Virus record (IMG/VR): IMGVR_UViG_3300050821_008607
Coordinates: 1 to 64,000 of that record
DNA length: 64,000 nucleotides
Strand: one strand, 5' to 3'
Source of the DNA: a virus
The notes under the pieces were generated by a model. The model saw nothing but the letters and a program-made list of their open reading frames with translations, ran no database searches and was not told where the DNA came from. Below are positions 54,515-63,721 of this stretch, in pieces. How positions within the stretch are numbered: position 1 is the stretch's first letter; each line of letters opens with the position of its first letter. Both the position numbers and the translations under genes were made by a program.

Positions 54515-55461
54515 CACTGCCTCCTCATGAACGGCTCCAGCAGCCACTCGTAGGACGTCTGCACATCGGCGACACCGTGGCCGCCCTCAGTGAGCGACCC
54601 GGCGATGTTCTGCACCGAGATGCTCGTGAACCCCGCCTCCAGCGCCTGCGACGCTGCGGCCAGCGCGGAGGCCCAAATGACGTTCGCGGGCAGCGCCGAT
54701 ACGCACACCCCGACTGCATGGGGGTTCGCCAGCGCCGACGACAGGGTGATCGTTCCGGGTCCGGCCTGCGCCGTGCCGACGCCGTTCGGGAGATTCATCG
54801 GGGTTGTCGCCGACACTGACAGCACGCTGACGGTCTCCGTCTGAGCGCCGTCGTAGGCGAACCCGGAGGCGCCCGCCCAGCCCGTCACGTCGTCGACGTG
54901 CAGGACCGTGTCACCGGAGTTCGCCGCAGCCGTCAGGGACGTGTGGGGCCAGCCGTTGGTGTAGGAGACGAGGATTCGGGTGGAGTTCCGGCCGCAGGAC
55001 AGCGGCGGAATGTAGCCCGGCGCCACAATGATCGACGCCCCGCCGTCCGGGCCCGTCGCCGACGCCGCGTCCGTGTACAGGTTGATCAGGGGATGCTCAG
55101 GCTCGTACATGCCGGACGGGACGGGCGTCCATGTCCGGGGGAACGAGCGGTTCGGGCTGGTTTGGATCGCCAGGACCTGAGTCACCGGCCAGCGGGACAT
55201 CACCAGGAGCCCGTTGAAGGTTCCCGGCTGAACGCCCACGCGCCGGGAGCCGGGCCCGGTCAGCTCCTGATTGTCGACGGTCGCCCGCAACACCTGGTTG
55301 CAGTACGTGTCGACGATGCTCGTGGCCCGCCAGCAGATGTTCGTCAGCTCCGCCAACTGGGCAGCGCCGTCCGCACCCGGTTTCGGAATGATCTGCCAGG
55401 ACACGCCCGTAGGCGAATTGGAGACCATGCCGGGAGTGATGTACGGAGTGCCTACAGCCAC
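54514..55461 (-). CDS. Head-tail adaptor
   Basis: PYIT...RATSIVDTYCNQ...WPV...VSYTNGW...LLEPFMR. Confidence 0.75.
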   Translation of the reverse strand: MAVGTPYITPGMVSNSPTGVSWQIIPKPGADGAAQLAELTNICWRATSIVDTYCNQVLRATVDNQELTGPGSRRVGVQPGTFNGLLVMSRWPVTQVLAIQTSPNRSFPRTWTPVPSGMYEPEHPLINLYTDAASATGPDGGASIIVAPGYIPPLSCGRNSTRILVSYTNGWPHTSLTAAANSGDTVLHVDDVTGWAGASGFAYDGAQTETVSVLSVSATTPMNLPNGVGTAQAGPGTITLSSALANPHAVGVCVSALPANVIWASALAAASQALEAGFTSISVQNIAGSLTEGGHGVADVQTSYEWLLEPFMRRQ

Positions 55462-55518
55462 AGCCGCTCACCCCCAACCGTGTTCGAGACAACTGGTGAC
55501 AGGCCGGAGCGGCATGGA

Positions 55519-56199
55519 TCAGGCGACGCGCTCGGTCCAGCCGCCGAGCAGCTGGATCGAGTTCCCGGATGCGCCTGGGGTGATGTCCAGCACCCATGCC
55601 TTTGTCGAGGTCAGCGACACCGTCACCGCCGATGTTGCCGCCGCCATGTACAGCGACGCCGCACCAGCCGCGGCCGAGTTGATCGAGATCTCCGTCAGGC
55701 ACTCGACGGTCGTCGGCGTCAGAAAGTTGATCAAGGTCTCGTGCTTCCACTGGGCCGCCGTCAGCGAGGTGCCCAGCACGATGCTGGCCGTCGCCAGCAG
55801 TGACGTGCCCGCAACGCCGCCCAGCCGCGACGTGAACACGGTGTTGCCCGGCGAGCCGGTCGAGGAGAACACACCCCAGCCGACCATCTTGTACACCGCG
55901 CCCGCGATCGCGTCGTTCGCCGGAAGCGACATCGACTGCAGCACTGTCTCAGCGGTGGTGCCGGTGATCGCCGCGCCCGCGGCGGTCTGCCCGCCCTGCG
56001 AGCCGACGATCGTGTTCACGAGGCCCTGCGGGTTGATGTAGGTCATTACGCCGCCGGTCGCGTACAGCTCGGCGCCACCGACGGGAGTCGCGGGCTGGGC
56101 GGCCTGGTTGGACAGGGTCAGCGGGCCCTGCATGGTGAAGCCGCCGGATTCGGCTGCGGCGGGGCCATTGGAACCGCCGGTGACGATCGCACTGGGCAT
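55519..56199 (-). CDS. Virion structural protein (head fibre/decoration-like)
   Basis: 226 aa Ala/Thr/Gly-rich; GGAGGT RBS. Confidence 0.65.
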   Translation of the reverse strand: MPSAIVTGGSNGPAAAESGGFTMQGPLTLSNQAAQPATPVGGAELYATGGVMTYINPQGLVNTIVGSQGGQTAAGAAITGTTAETVLQSMSLPANDAIAGAVYKMVGWGVFSSTGSPGNTVFTSRLGGVAGTSLLATASIVLGTSLTAAQWKHETLINFLTPTTVECLTEISINSAAAGAASLYMAAATSAVTVSLTSTKAWVLDITPGASGNSIQLLGGWTERVA

Positions 56200-56262
56200 G
56201 GGATACCTCCAAGAGACTGGTGCGGCGTACCGCGCGGGTCAGAACGGTGAGACAGCCGACTG

Positions 56263-56685
56263 CTACTCGGCCTTGGCGGTGCGCCGGCTCGCCGCGGTCT
56301 TACGCGGAGTACGAGCCGTCTTCTCGGCGGGCGGCTCGTCTGCGGCAGCCTCCGCGCCGTCGTCGGCGGGGGTGGTCGCGTCCTCGGCGGGAGCTTCCTG
56401 CTTGGCGACGCTCGCAACCCCGGCCGACTGGGCGGCGCGCATGAGCTGCTCGACCACGCCCAGCAGCGTCGCCGGATCCTTGCGGCGCTCCATCTCCTCG
56501 CCGATGAGGCGGTGCTGGCGCTCGATGTCGGTCTCCCAGCCCGGTCGGCCGCCGGGGTGGAAGTGGTGCATCTGGTCGGACAGGTCGTCCGGGAAGTCGA
56601 AGCCGCCCTGTTCGTCGGCCTCGTAGACGATGCCGGTGGCTGGGTCGGTGAGCGCGATCGCGCCCGTGCGCGTGTACAGGCGCAT
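56263..56685 (-). CDS. Hypothetical protein after capsid
   Basis: MRLYTRTG...; AAGGAG RBS. Confidence 0.7.
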   Translation of the reverse strand: MRLYTRTGAIALTDPATGIVYEADEQGGFDFPDDLSDQMHHFHPGGRPGWETDIERQHRLIGEEMERRKDPATLLGVVEQLMRAAQSAGVASVAKQEAPAEDATTPADDGAEAAADEPPAEKTARTPRKTAASRRTAKAE

Positions 56686-56814
56686 GCGTGGCTCCTTGGA
56701 AAGGGTGAGGGTGGGTGGTGCCGAGTGCGGCCCCCGCAGGGGGCGGGCTCCTCGCGGGGGCTGCAACGGGGGCGCGATTGATCACGGGCCCCAGGGGTGA
56801 ATCCGCAGGTCAGA

Positions 56815-58314
56815 TCAGGCGCAGTTCGCCAAAACTGCCATGGCAACGGGGGCCCTGTTGACCAGTGCGGAGACGGTCCGGATCTCGAATTCTTTCCTCG
56901 GGCCACCACCAGCGGTGTTCGCGACGCGGCTGATGCCGTAGTCGAACTGGGCGGTGTCGCGCAGGGTGCGGCACTCCAGCACGCTGGAGATGTTGGCCTG
57001 CGGGAACGGAACCCTGTCGGTCCTCGCGACGATCGTGCCCGGGGGCAGGGAGACATGGACCTCGATCGGAACGGTCACGCCCCCCGCCGGGGCGTTGACG
57101 ATCTCGCCGACCCGGCCACCGGCCGTGGTCGAGATACGGCCCGAGGCGTCGGTGGTGAGGTACGTGGTCGCGGAGTTCGACCCGAGGACGAGGTTCGCGA
57201 TCTCCTGCGCCTGCTGGGCGTTCATCATCAGCGCGGTGGGGCTGCACTTGACGGCGTTCCACAGGGGCAGGAACACGTCGTTCTCGATCTCGTTGACGGT
57301 GCCGCCGGTCAGGGTCAGCGCGGCTCCGTCGAGGGAGTTGAAGATCGACGGGTTGGCTGTGCCGGTGCCGGGGGTGCCCCACTGGCCGGAGCCGTTGTAG
57401 TCGCCCGCCAGGGAGGCGAGGAACCCGTCGTAGTCGTTGGCGTTGGCCGACCCGTTGTCCGCCGCGGTGTTGATGGTCGGGACCGTGCTGGCGGTGCCCT
57501 TCCACGACGTGGACAGGTCCGGAACGCCGTTGCCCGTCGGCAGCGCCTGGTTCGAGGAAATGGTCTTGGTGACCGTCACCGTGTTGGTGGTGGTGGTCGT
57601 GTAGTAGTACCAGGTCGACCCGTTCGCCGAGTAGAACCAGTCGTACGCCACGGCCCCGCGCACGGCGGCGACGGTCGCGGTGACGGAGTTCGTGGACCCG
57701 GAGCCGAACGTGGACACCAGGCTGCTGGTGCCCTGGGAGTTCCCCGAGCCGTAGTAGTAGCCGGAGCCGGTGCGGGCGGCGACGCCGACGTACAGGCTGA
57801 CCGCACCGATGGTTCCGCCGGTGGCGTGCTGGGTGACGACCGGGGCGGCCGGGGCGGCGAGCGCGAAGCTCTGGGCGCCCATCAGCTTGCGGTCCTCGCC
57901 GATCAGCAGCTGGTTGAGGGTCTGGAACGTGGAGATGGCGTACGGGTCGCCGTAGCCCTTGGCGAGGTCGTAGGCGTCCTGGGTGACCAGGCCGGCGTAG
58001 CCGATGGGCTTGTAGCGGGCCTGGAAGTCCTGCTCCAGGAACTGGACCTCGTTGGCGGCGTAGTCGAAGCCCATGGAGGGATCCGGCTGCGAGTTGGTGA
58101 GGTTCATGATCGCGCGCCACACGGCGTACGGGTTGCCGTCCGGGCTCATCTTGCGGGCGACGATGTCGCGGAACGGGGTGACGACGGGGATCAGCGAGAC
58201 GAGCTCGGAGAGGTCGTAGCTGTAGATCCCGGTGGATTCCAGGATCCCGCTGGTCTGGGCCTTCATGATGGCGCCGAGGGTCTCCTCGGTCATGTCTGCG
58301 AGCGGTGCGCTCAA
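56815..58314 (-). CDS. Major capsid protein
   Basis: TTG start after AGGAGG; YDL.....LIPV.TPFR..V.R, L...EDR.L.G, I.VH..LPPGTI; position after scaffold. Confidence 0.85.
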   Translation of the reverse strand: MSAPLADMTEETLGAIMKAQTSGILESTGIYSYDLSELVSLIPVVTPFRDIVARKMSPDGNPYAVWRAIMNLTNSQPDPSMGFDYAANEVQFLEQDFQARYKPIGYAGLVTQDAYDLAKGYGDPYAISTFQTLNQLLIGEDRKLMGAQSFALAAPAAPVVTQHATGGTIGAVSLYVGVAARTGSGYYYGSGNSQGTSSLVSTFGSGSTNSVTATVAAVRGAVAYDWFYSANGSTWYYYTTTTTNTVTVTKTISSNQALPTGNGVPDLSTSWKGTASTVPTINTAADNGSANANDYDGFLASLAGDYNGSGQWGTPGTGTANPSIFNSLDGAALTLTGGTVNEIENDVFLPLWNAVKCSPTALMMNAQQAQEIANLVLGSNSATTYLTTDASGRISTTAGGRVGEIVNAPAGGVTVPIEVHVSLPPGTIVARTDRVPFPQANISSVLECRTLRDTAQFDYGISRVANTAGGGPRKEFEIRTVSALVNRAPVAMAVLANCA

Positions 58315-58335
58315 GGGATGCCTCCTGGGCATGCG

Positions 58336-58368
58336 AAAGCCCCCGGGCGCGGTGCGCTCTCGGGGGCT
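58336..58368 (-). terminator. Hairpin plus short T-tract between scaffold and capsid genes
   Basis: AGCCCCCGAGAGCGC-ACC-GCGCCCGGGGGCT-TT. Confidence 0.5.
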
Positions 58369-58392
58369 GGGGTGGGGATGCTGGTGGGGCGC

Positions 58393-60246
58393 CTACTGGC
58401 GGGCGCCGCCCTGGTGGATCGCCTGGAGCGCGGCGATGGCGTCGGCCTGCATGTCCTGGGCGATGCGGTTCTGCTCGGTCGCATTGGCGGCCTTGTACAG
58501 GCGGCCCTTCTGCTCCCGGGCCTTGACCACGTCGACCTGGGCGCCTGCGCCTCGGTCCATGCCGCGCAGGTCGCGCGGCGGGACGGCTCCGTTGGTGAAG
58601 ACACGCGGTTCGGCGGGCTGCTCCTCCAGCGCCCCGATGCGGCCCTTCAGCTCCTTCACGAGGTCCGCCAGCTCCAGGACCGCGTCCGCCTGCTTGGCGA
58701 GGACGGTGTTCTGGCTGGCGCTGTGCTCGGTGAAGGCGCTCTCGACCGCAGCCAGGAGGCTGCTCTTGAACACGTCCGTGAGAGTGGTGTCGGGGATGGA
58801 CTTGGTGACTGCCTCGTCGTCCGTGGGGACGGCGTCGGCGGGGGTGCCGGCCTCGGCCGCAGGGGCGGGGGTGAGGTCGGTGGTCTCGGGGGTAGCCGGG
58901 GCGTCGGTGTCGGCGCCGTCCGTGTCGCTGCCGGTGTCGGAGCTGTCGTCGTCGGCGGATGCCCCGGAGACCATGGTGATCTTCTCGGGGTCGACGATGC
59001 CGACGAGCTTGCCGCTGGCGTTGAACACGGCGACCATCTCCGGCTTGTCGCCGTCGGCCTTCGCCACATCGGTGACGACCTGCCCGGCGACGGGCTTCGG
59101 GTCGGCCTGCTGGGCGCCCATGGCGGGCTCCTGGCCGGAGGCCGCAGTGGCGTCGGCGCTGGGGGTGGGCTCGGCCATGTCGGCCTCCTCGTTCGCGGTC
59201 TTGGCGACCGGGGCCCCGGCCTCCTCGGTGGTGGGGGCCTGCGGGAGGGACGCGAGAACCTTCTGCAGGGAGTCGACGGCGCCGCGGATCGCGGCCTCGT
59301 TGCCCGCGGACAGGACGCGCCCGGCCTTGCGGACGTGGCCGAGGGCCTCGATGGTGTCCAGCGAACTCGGATCCCAGTCGGCGAGGGCCTTGCCGACCAT
59401 CTGCATGTCGTCGCAGCAGTCGGCCTCGGCCTGCTCGGAGACCGCGAACGGCGCGAGGACGCTGATGGCGTAGTCGAGGGCGCAGCACGCGTCCTGGAGG
59501 TCCCAGGCGTTCTCGGCGTCGCCCTCGTCCCCGGCCGCGGCCTCCATCAGTTCACGGTCGGCGAGCATGTCGACGGCGGCCTTGGCCCGCGCCAGGATCG
59601 ACGTCCACTTGCGGGCGGTCGCGGCGTCGACGGCCTCCCAGGCCGGGGAGCCAGGGTCGGTGTCCATGCCGGGGGCGTCGCCGTCGGGCTCGGCAAGGGC
59701 GGTCATCGGGTCCAGGGCGTCGTCGTCCATGCTCGTCTCCTTCGTGACGTCGCCCTTCAGCGAGCCGTCGGCGTTCCAGGTGTCCGGGATCTCGGACTGG
59801 GCGCCGAGGGCCTTGGCTCGTGCGATGACGTGGCGTCGGATCGCGTCATGCTCGGCGCCGCCGCGGCCGACCGCGCGCACTGCGCGGTTGAGGTCTTCAC
59901 GGTCGGCGATCGGGTAGCTCTCGTTGGCCATCGCGGCGCCCGACGCGGCCATGCGCTTGAGGTCGTCGGCGTCGTACTTCGCCTTGAGGACAGCAACCTC
60001 GTGGATCATCTTCGCGATCGCGCCCGGGCTGCCGGTCATCGTCACCGTCTCCTCCGGGATTGGCTCAGGATCAGCCTTGGCGAGCAGCTCGCGGACGAAG
60101 CCGGGGTCGAGGAGTCCGGCGCTGTCGTCGTGCTTCATGAGGAGGAAGCCGGGGACGCCGTTCGCGGCTTTTCCGACGAGGTCGACGCGGGGGATGTTGG
60201 CCTCTGTTGCCTCGGTCCAGTCGTCCTCGTCGAGGAGGTCGGTCAT
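58393..60246 (-). CDS. Scaffolding/capsid maturation protein
   Basis: 617 aa acidic, N-terminal VDLVGKAAN, SYPI...DL..AV.A.GR domain, C-terminal coiled coil. Confidence 0.7.
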   Translation of the reverse strand: MTDLLDEDDWTEATEANIPRVDLVGKAANGVPGFLLMKHDDSAGLLDPGFVRELLAKADPEPIPEETVTMTGSPGAIAKMIHEVAVLKAKYDADDLKRMAASGAAMANESYPIADREDLNRAVRAVGRGGAEHDAIRRHVIARAKALGAQSEIPDTWNADGSLKGDVTKETSMDDDALDPMTALAEPDGDAPGMDTDPGSPAWEAVDAATARKWTSILARAKAAVDMLADRELMEAAAGDEGDAENAWDLQDACCALDYAISVLAPFAVSEQAEADCCDDMQMVGKALADWDPSSLDTIEALGHVRKAGRVLSAGNEAAIRGAVDSLQKVLASLPQAPTTEEAGAPVAKTANEEADMAEPTPSADATAASGQEPAMGAQQADPKPVAGQVVTDVAKADGDKPEMVAVFNASGKLVGIVDPEKITMVSGASADDDSSDTGSDTDGADTDAPATPETTDLTPAPAAEAGTPADAVPTDDEAVTKSIPDTTLTDVFKSSLLAAVESAFTEHSASQNTVLAKQADAVLELADLVKELKGRIGALEEQPAEPRVFTNGAVPPRDLRGMDRGAGAQVDVVKAREQKGRLYKAANATEQNRIAQDMQADAIAALQAIHQGGARQ

Positions 60247-60626
60247 GGGTCACTCCTTCGGTGAGGTCGGCGCCGGGCGACGCCCTGGGGTGAGAAGCCG
60301 GTGACCTTGCCGGACTTGACGAGCCGCCAGGCCGTGTCGTCGCAGATCCCGCCGATGAGCCAGTCCCCGGCTTTGATGACCACACCGTTGCCCTGGTCCC
60401 AGTCCGGGCCGCGATAGATGTACGACTCGGTGACCTGCATGTGGCCGAGGGTGCCCTCGGCGTGAAACAGCCCGACCTGGGCGCCCCCGGGCAGATAGCT
60501 CCAGCAGGCCTTCTCCAGCTCCTCCGCGGTGAAGAAGTCCCGCGCCCCGTCAGCGCCCTTCGCGATGCGCGGATCCTGGCCGGCCTGGTATGCCAAACCG
60601 AGGACGAACCTGGCCTCTTCGGCCAT
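60243..60626 (-). CDS. XkdF-like prohead serine protease
   Basis: D...DFFTAEELEKA, GLFH, ESYI, GDWL.G....W..VK.GK.TGFS..G. Confidence 0.85.
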   Translation of the reverse strand: MAEEARFVLGLAYQAGQDPRIAKGADGARDFFTAEELEKACWSYLPGGAQVGLFHAEGTLGHMQVTESYIYRGPDWDQGNGVVIKAGDWLIGGICDDTAWRLVKSGKVTGFSPQGVARRRPHRRSDP

Positions 60627-60635
60627 GGGCACCCC

Positions 60636-63600
60636 CTATGCGCTCAGGACGGCACACCGACACCGTGGGTGCGCCGGTACGGATCGGTCCCCCGAGGGGA
60701 ATGAGGCGCCGAGCTGGATCGGCCCGGCCCCGGCGTTGGCGATACACCGCGGGCACGTTCGGCTGGACGGGTCCAGGGCCCAGCGGACTTGGGTGACGCC
60801 GAGCTGCTGGTAGCCGAACAGTGCGGCGAGGCCCGACGAGCGGGTGATCTCCGTGATGGCGACGGCCAGTGCCCGGTCGACGCTGCCCAGGGCACTGCGC
60901 AGGGTCCGGCCCAGGGCCAGGGCGGTTGCCCCGGCGATGAGACCCTTGGCCAACTCGCGGGCCAGGTCCCGGCGGCGCGTGTCGGCAATGCCCTGCGCAG
61001 TCTCGGGAACCTGGTCGAGGATCGGCGTCAGGCCCTCGTCGGCGCCCTGGTCGGTGATGGTCCGCTGGGCTCGGGCGGTGTCGCCGGGTGTCCAGCCGTT
61101 GCGCTCTGCCCGGTCGCCGGTGGCTGCGGCGTGGGCGGAGGTGAGGCCGACGAGATAGCCGTCGGTGTACAGCCCCGGCAAGGTGTCGACGAGCGGGGTG
61201 GTGAGGTCCAGGGTCTGGCTTCCGAGCCACGCCTCAGCGGCTGCGGTCAGTTCGCCCTGTTCGGGGCTGCTGGTCTCGTCGAGCTGGTGCTCGGCGAGGA
61301 ACCGGCCGGCGACGTCCTGGGCTGCCGCGGCGGTGAGGACGCCACCGAGTGCCGCGGCGATCACTGCGGCCCAGTGGTTGGCGGCGTCCTCGTCGGTATC
61401 CCAGCCAGGCCACTGGTCGGCAGCCCCCTGGCCAGGGGCTTCACCTTTTCCCGCGCCGACCTTCTCCAGCACCTCGACGCCGAGGGCGGTGAGGACCTGG
61501 TCGAGGTCGGCAAGCAGCTCGGGGCGCACGGCCGGGTTCCCGGCCAGTTGCCCGGGGTGCATCCAGGCGATCGCTTCGATGCAGTCGCCGTCCGGGTCGT
61601 CCGGGTTGGTGACATCCCGGTCGCCGCGAACCGGCACCATGGCCTCGGAGTCGACCGTCCAGACGATGCCCTGGTAGACGCCGTCCGGACTGACCCATGT
61701 GCCGCTCTGGACGCCCGGGGGCGGGATGGACCCGGTCTCCTCCGACCATTCACGCCACGCGCCCATGAGCGGCGACTCGGCCCCTTCGAGGTGACCGCCG
61801 GGGAACTCGAAGGTTCCACCTGCGGGGTCCTCGGGGTCGAGGCAGCGCTGCAGCATCAGGACGCGGCCAGTGTCAGCAGCGCGCACTGCGAGGCCAGCGA
61901 CACTGACCTCACCTGCTGCCTTGCGGACGGCGAGCCGGGCGCTCTGGTTGAGGCGCCGTCCGCGGATCGGGTCGATGGCGCGGAACTCGAAGGGCTCCCA
62001 CTGGCCGGTGCGGCGCCGCTTCTTGGTGAACGACCGGAACGCGGCCAGCTCGCTCTTGGCCAGCTGCTCCCGGTCCTCCTGGTCGTCGTTCTCGTCGTCG
62101 TGCTGCCCCACGAGGTCGTAGGAGGTGATGCCCGTGGCGGTCGTGATCCCCGCCGTGGGGGCGCCGTCCTTCGCAACCTCGGTCGCGGGGGCTTCGGCGA
62201 CGGGCTGCGGGGGTGGGGCGGTGGGCATCGCGTCGAGGCCGTAGATCTGCTCCGCGAGCGGGACGCCCTTCGCCGGCGGTTCCGGGGTGATGCCTTCCGC
62301 GCCGGTGAACACCGAATGTGGCAGCGGCGCGCCGGGTTCGGGGGCGCCGGTCTGGGTGTCGATCTCTCCCGCCACCGAGTACAGCGACGACAGTGGCACT
62401 GGGCCGGCGTGGGAGGTGAAGATGAATCGGGGCACCGGCTGGCCGTTCGGCTCCTGGAGGCCGTAGCGGCTCTCCCGGATCTCGGACGCGCCGACGACAC
62501 CGAGTTCGATGTAGATCTTGTCTGCCTGGGCCTGCTGCAGCCGGTCGGCCTGCTCCTCGCCGAGGTCGAAGGCGAAGTCGAGCGGCAGGCCGAGATCGTC
62601 CTGGAGGAACGCGGACAGGATCGTCTGGACGTGGCGCAGCAGCGGCAGGTCGCCGACGCGGTGCTGGACGTCGGCCTGCGACTCACCGCTGCTCTTGTTG
62701 ACGGACTCGGTGAATCCGAGGTCGGCCGGTACGACGTGGAATGCCGCCGCGGTCTTCCGCATCAGGAACAGGCTGAAATGATCCTGGAAGTCTTTCTCGT
62801 TGGACCATTCGATCTTGCCGCCGCCGGGCATCCACTTGATCTGGGCCTTGGCGGCCTGGTCGCCCAGCATCCAGGCGTCCCAGTAGGTCTGGAATGCCTC
62901 GATCTGGTCGGGGGTCCAGGTCTCGGGTGCGGACGCGAACGCGGAGGGGATGTTGCCCTCGGTGAAGCGCTGCAGGAAGTACGCCTGGAACCTGAGGTCG
63001 GTGTTGGCGTTGAGGAGGATCGTCTCCAGCGGCGCCAGCCCGTAGGGGCTGTTGGCGCGCTTGCGGAACGGCTGGTAGATCAGGTCGTCGCGGGTCAGCT
63101 GGTCCCACGGCAGGCCGTTGACGTACTGCACGAACGCCGGGGCCGGCGTCTCGGGGCTGTTGCCCCAGTAGTCGAGCAGTGGCGCGATCATGGTGCCGTC
63201 TACGACGCGCAGGCCGATGGCGTCACCGCGGCGGTTCCGGAGCCGGTACAGGGTTCCGGCGTCGTAGGCGAGGGTGTCGTACAGGAACGAGCCGAGCCAG
63301 GCGCTGAAGGACTGCTGGCCGTCGGGCTTGGCGAGGGCTTTCATGCCGATCTGGATGGCGTCGGCGAGGTCGCCGCCGTTCCCGTCCTTGGCGACCAGGG
63401 ACCAGTCGAGGGAGCGGATCGAGTCGATGCGGTGCCAGATGCACATCTGGGCGACGTCGTAGGACTCGATCAGGCCGCGCAGGGTGTCGAAGCTGACGCG
63501 CTCGTAGGTCCGCGGCCTGGTGGCCACGTTGTAGTTGGTGACGTAGTTCTCGGTGCGCGGGGTGCGCGAGTACCCGTCGTAGGGCCCGAGTGGTGTGCCG

Positions 63601-63707
63601 GGGCTGAACGGCGACGCCGGGGTCATCTGGGATGCTGCCTGGCCTGCCGCGATGGCTGCGGGCACGTTCGTTCCGTAGGTCTTGACCAGGCGGCGGGGGT
63701 CGGGCAC
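60636..63707 (-). CDS. Portal protein fused to NUDIX and MuF (gp7-like) domains
   Basis: Portal motifs (VDG..I.P, YGL.PLE, F.EGNIP, A.F.V.P.DLG); Nudix box GHLEGAESPLMGAWREWSEETG; MuF TE..R...W....RTCPRC...PAHPRCRC. Confidence 0.88.
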   Translation of the reverse strand: MPDPRRLVKTYGTNVPAAIAAGQAASQMTPASPFSPGTPLGPYDGYSRTPRTENYVTNYNVATRPRTYERVSFDTLRGLIESYDVAQMCIWHRIDSIRSLDWSLVAKDGNGGDLADAIQIGMKALAKPDGQQSFSAWLGSFLYDTLAYDAGTLYRLRNRRGDAIGLRVVDGTMIAPLLDYWGNSPETPAPAFVQYVNGLPWDQLTRDDLIYQPFRKRANSPYGLAPLETILLNANTDLRFQAYFLQRFTEGNIPSAFASAPETWTPDQIEAFQTYWDAWMLGDQAAKAQIKWMPGGGKIEWSNEKDFQDHFSLFLMRKTAAAFHVVPADLGFTESVNKSSGESQADVQHRVGDLPLLRHVQTILSAFLQDDLGLPLDFAFDLGEEQADRLQQAQADKIYIELGVVGASEIRESRYGLQEPNGQPVPRFIFTSHAGPVPLSSLYSVAGEIDTQTGAPEPGAPLPHSVFTGAEGITPEPPAKGVPLAEQIYGLDAMPTAPPPQPVAEAPATEVAKDGAPTAGITTATGITSYDLVGQHDDENDDQEDREQLAKSELAAFRSFTKKRRRTGQWEPFEFRAIDPIRGRRLNQSARLAVRKAAGEVSVAGLAVRAADTGRVLMLQRCLDPEDPAGGTFEFPGGHLEGAESPLMGAWREWSEETGSIPPPGVQSGTWVSPDGVYQGIVWTVDSEAMVPVRGDRDVTNPDDPDGDCIEAIAWMHPGQLAGNPAVRPELLADLDQVLTALGVEVLEKVGAGKGEAPGQGAADQWPGWDTDEDAANHWAAVIAAALGGVLTAAAAQDVAGRFLAEHQLDETSSPEQGELTAAAEAWLGSQTLDLTTPLVDTLPGLYTDGYLVGLTSAHAAATGDRAERNGWTPGDTARAQRTITDQGADEGLTPILDQVPETAQGIADTRRRDLARELAKGLIAGATALALGRTLRSALGSVDRALAVAITEITRSSGLAALFGYQQLGVTQVRWALDPSSRTCPRCIANAGAGPIQLGASFPSGDRSVPAHPRCRCAVLSA

Positions 63708-63721
63708 CGGGACCCCCTTGT

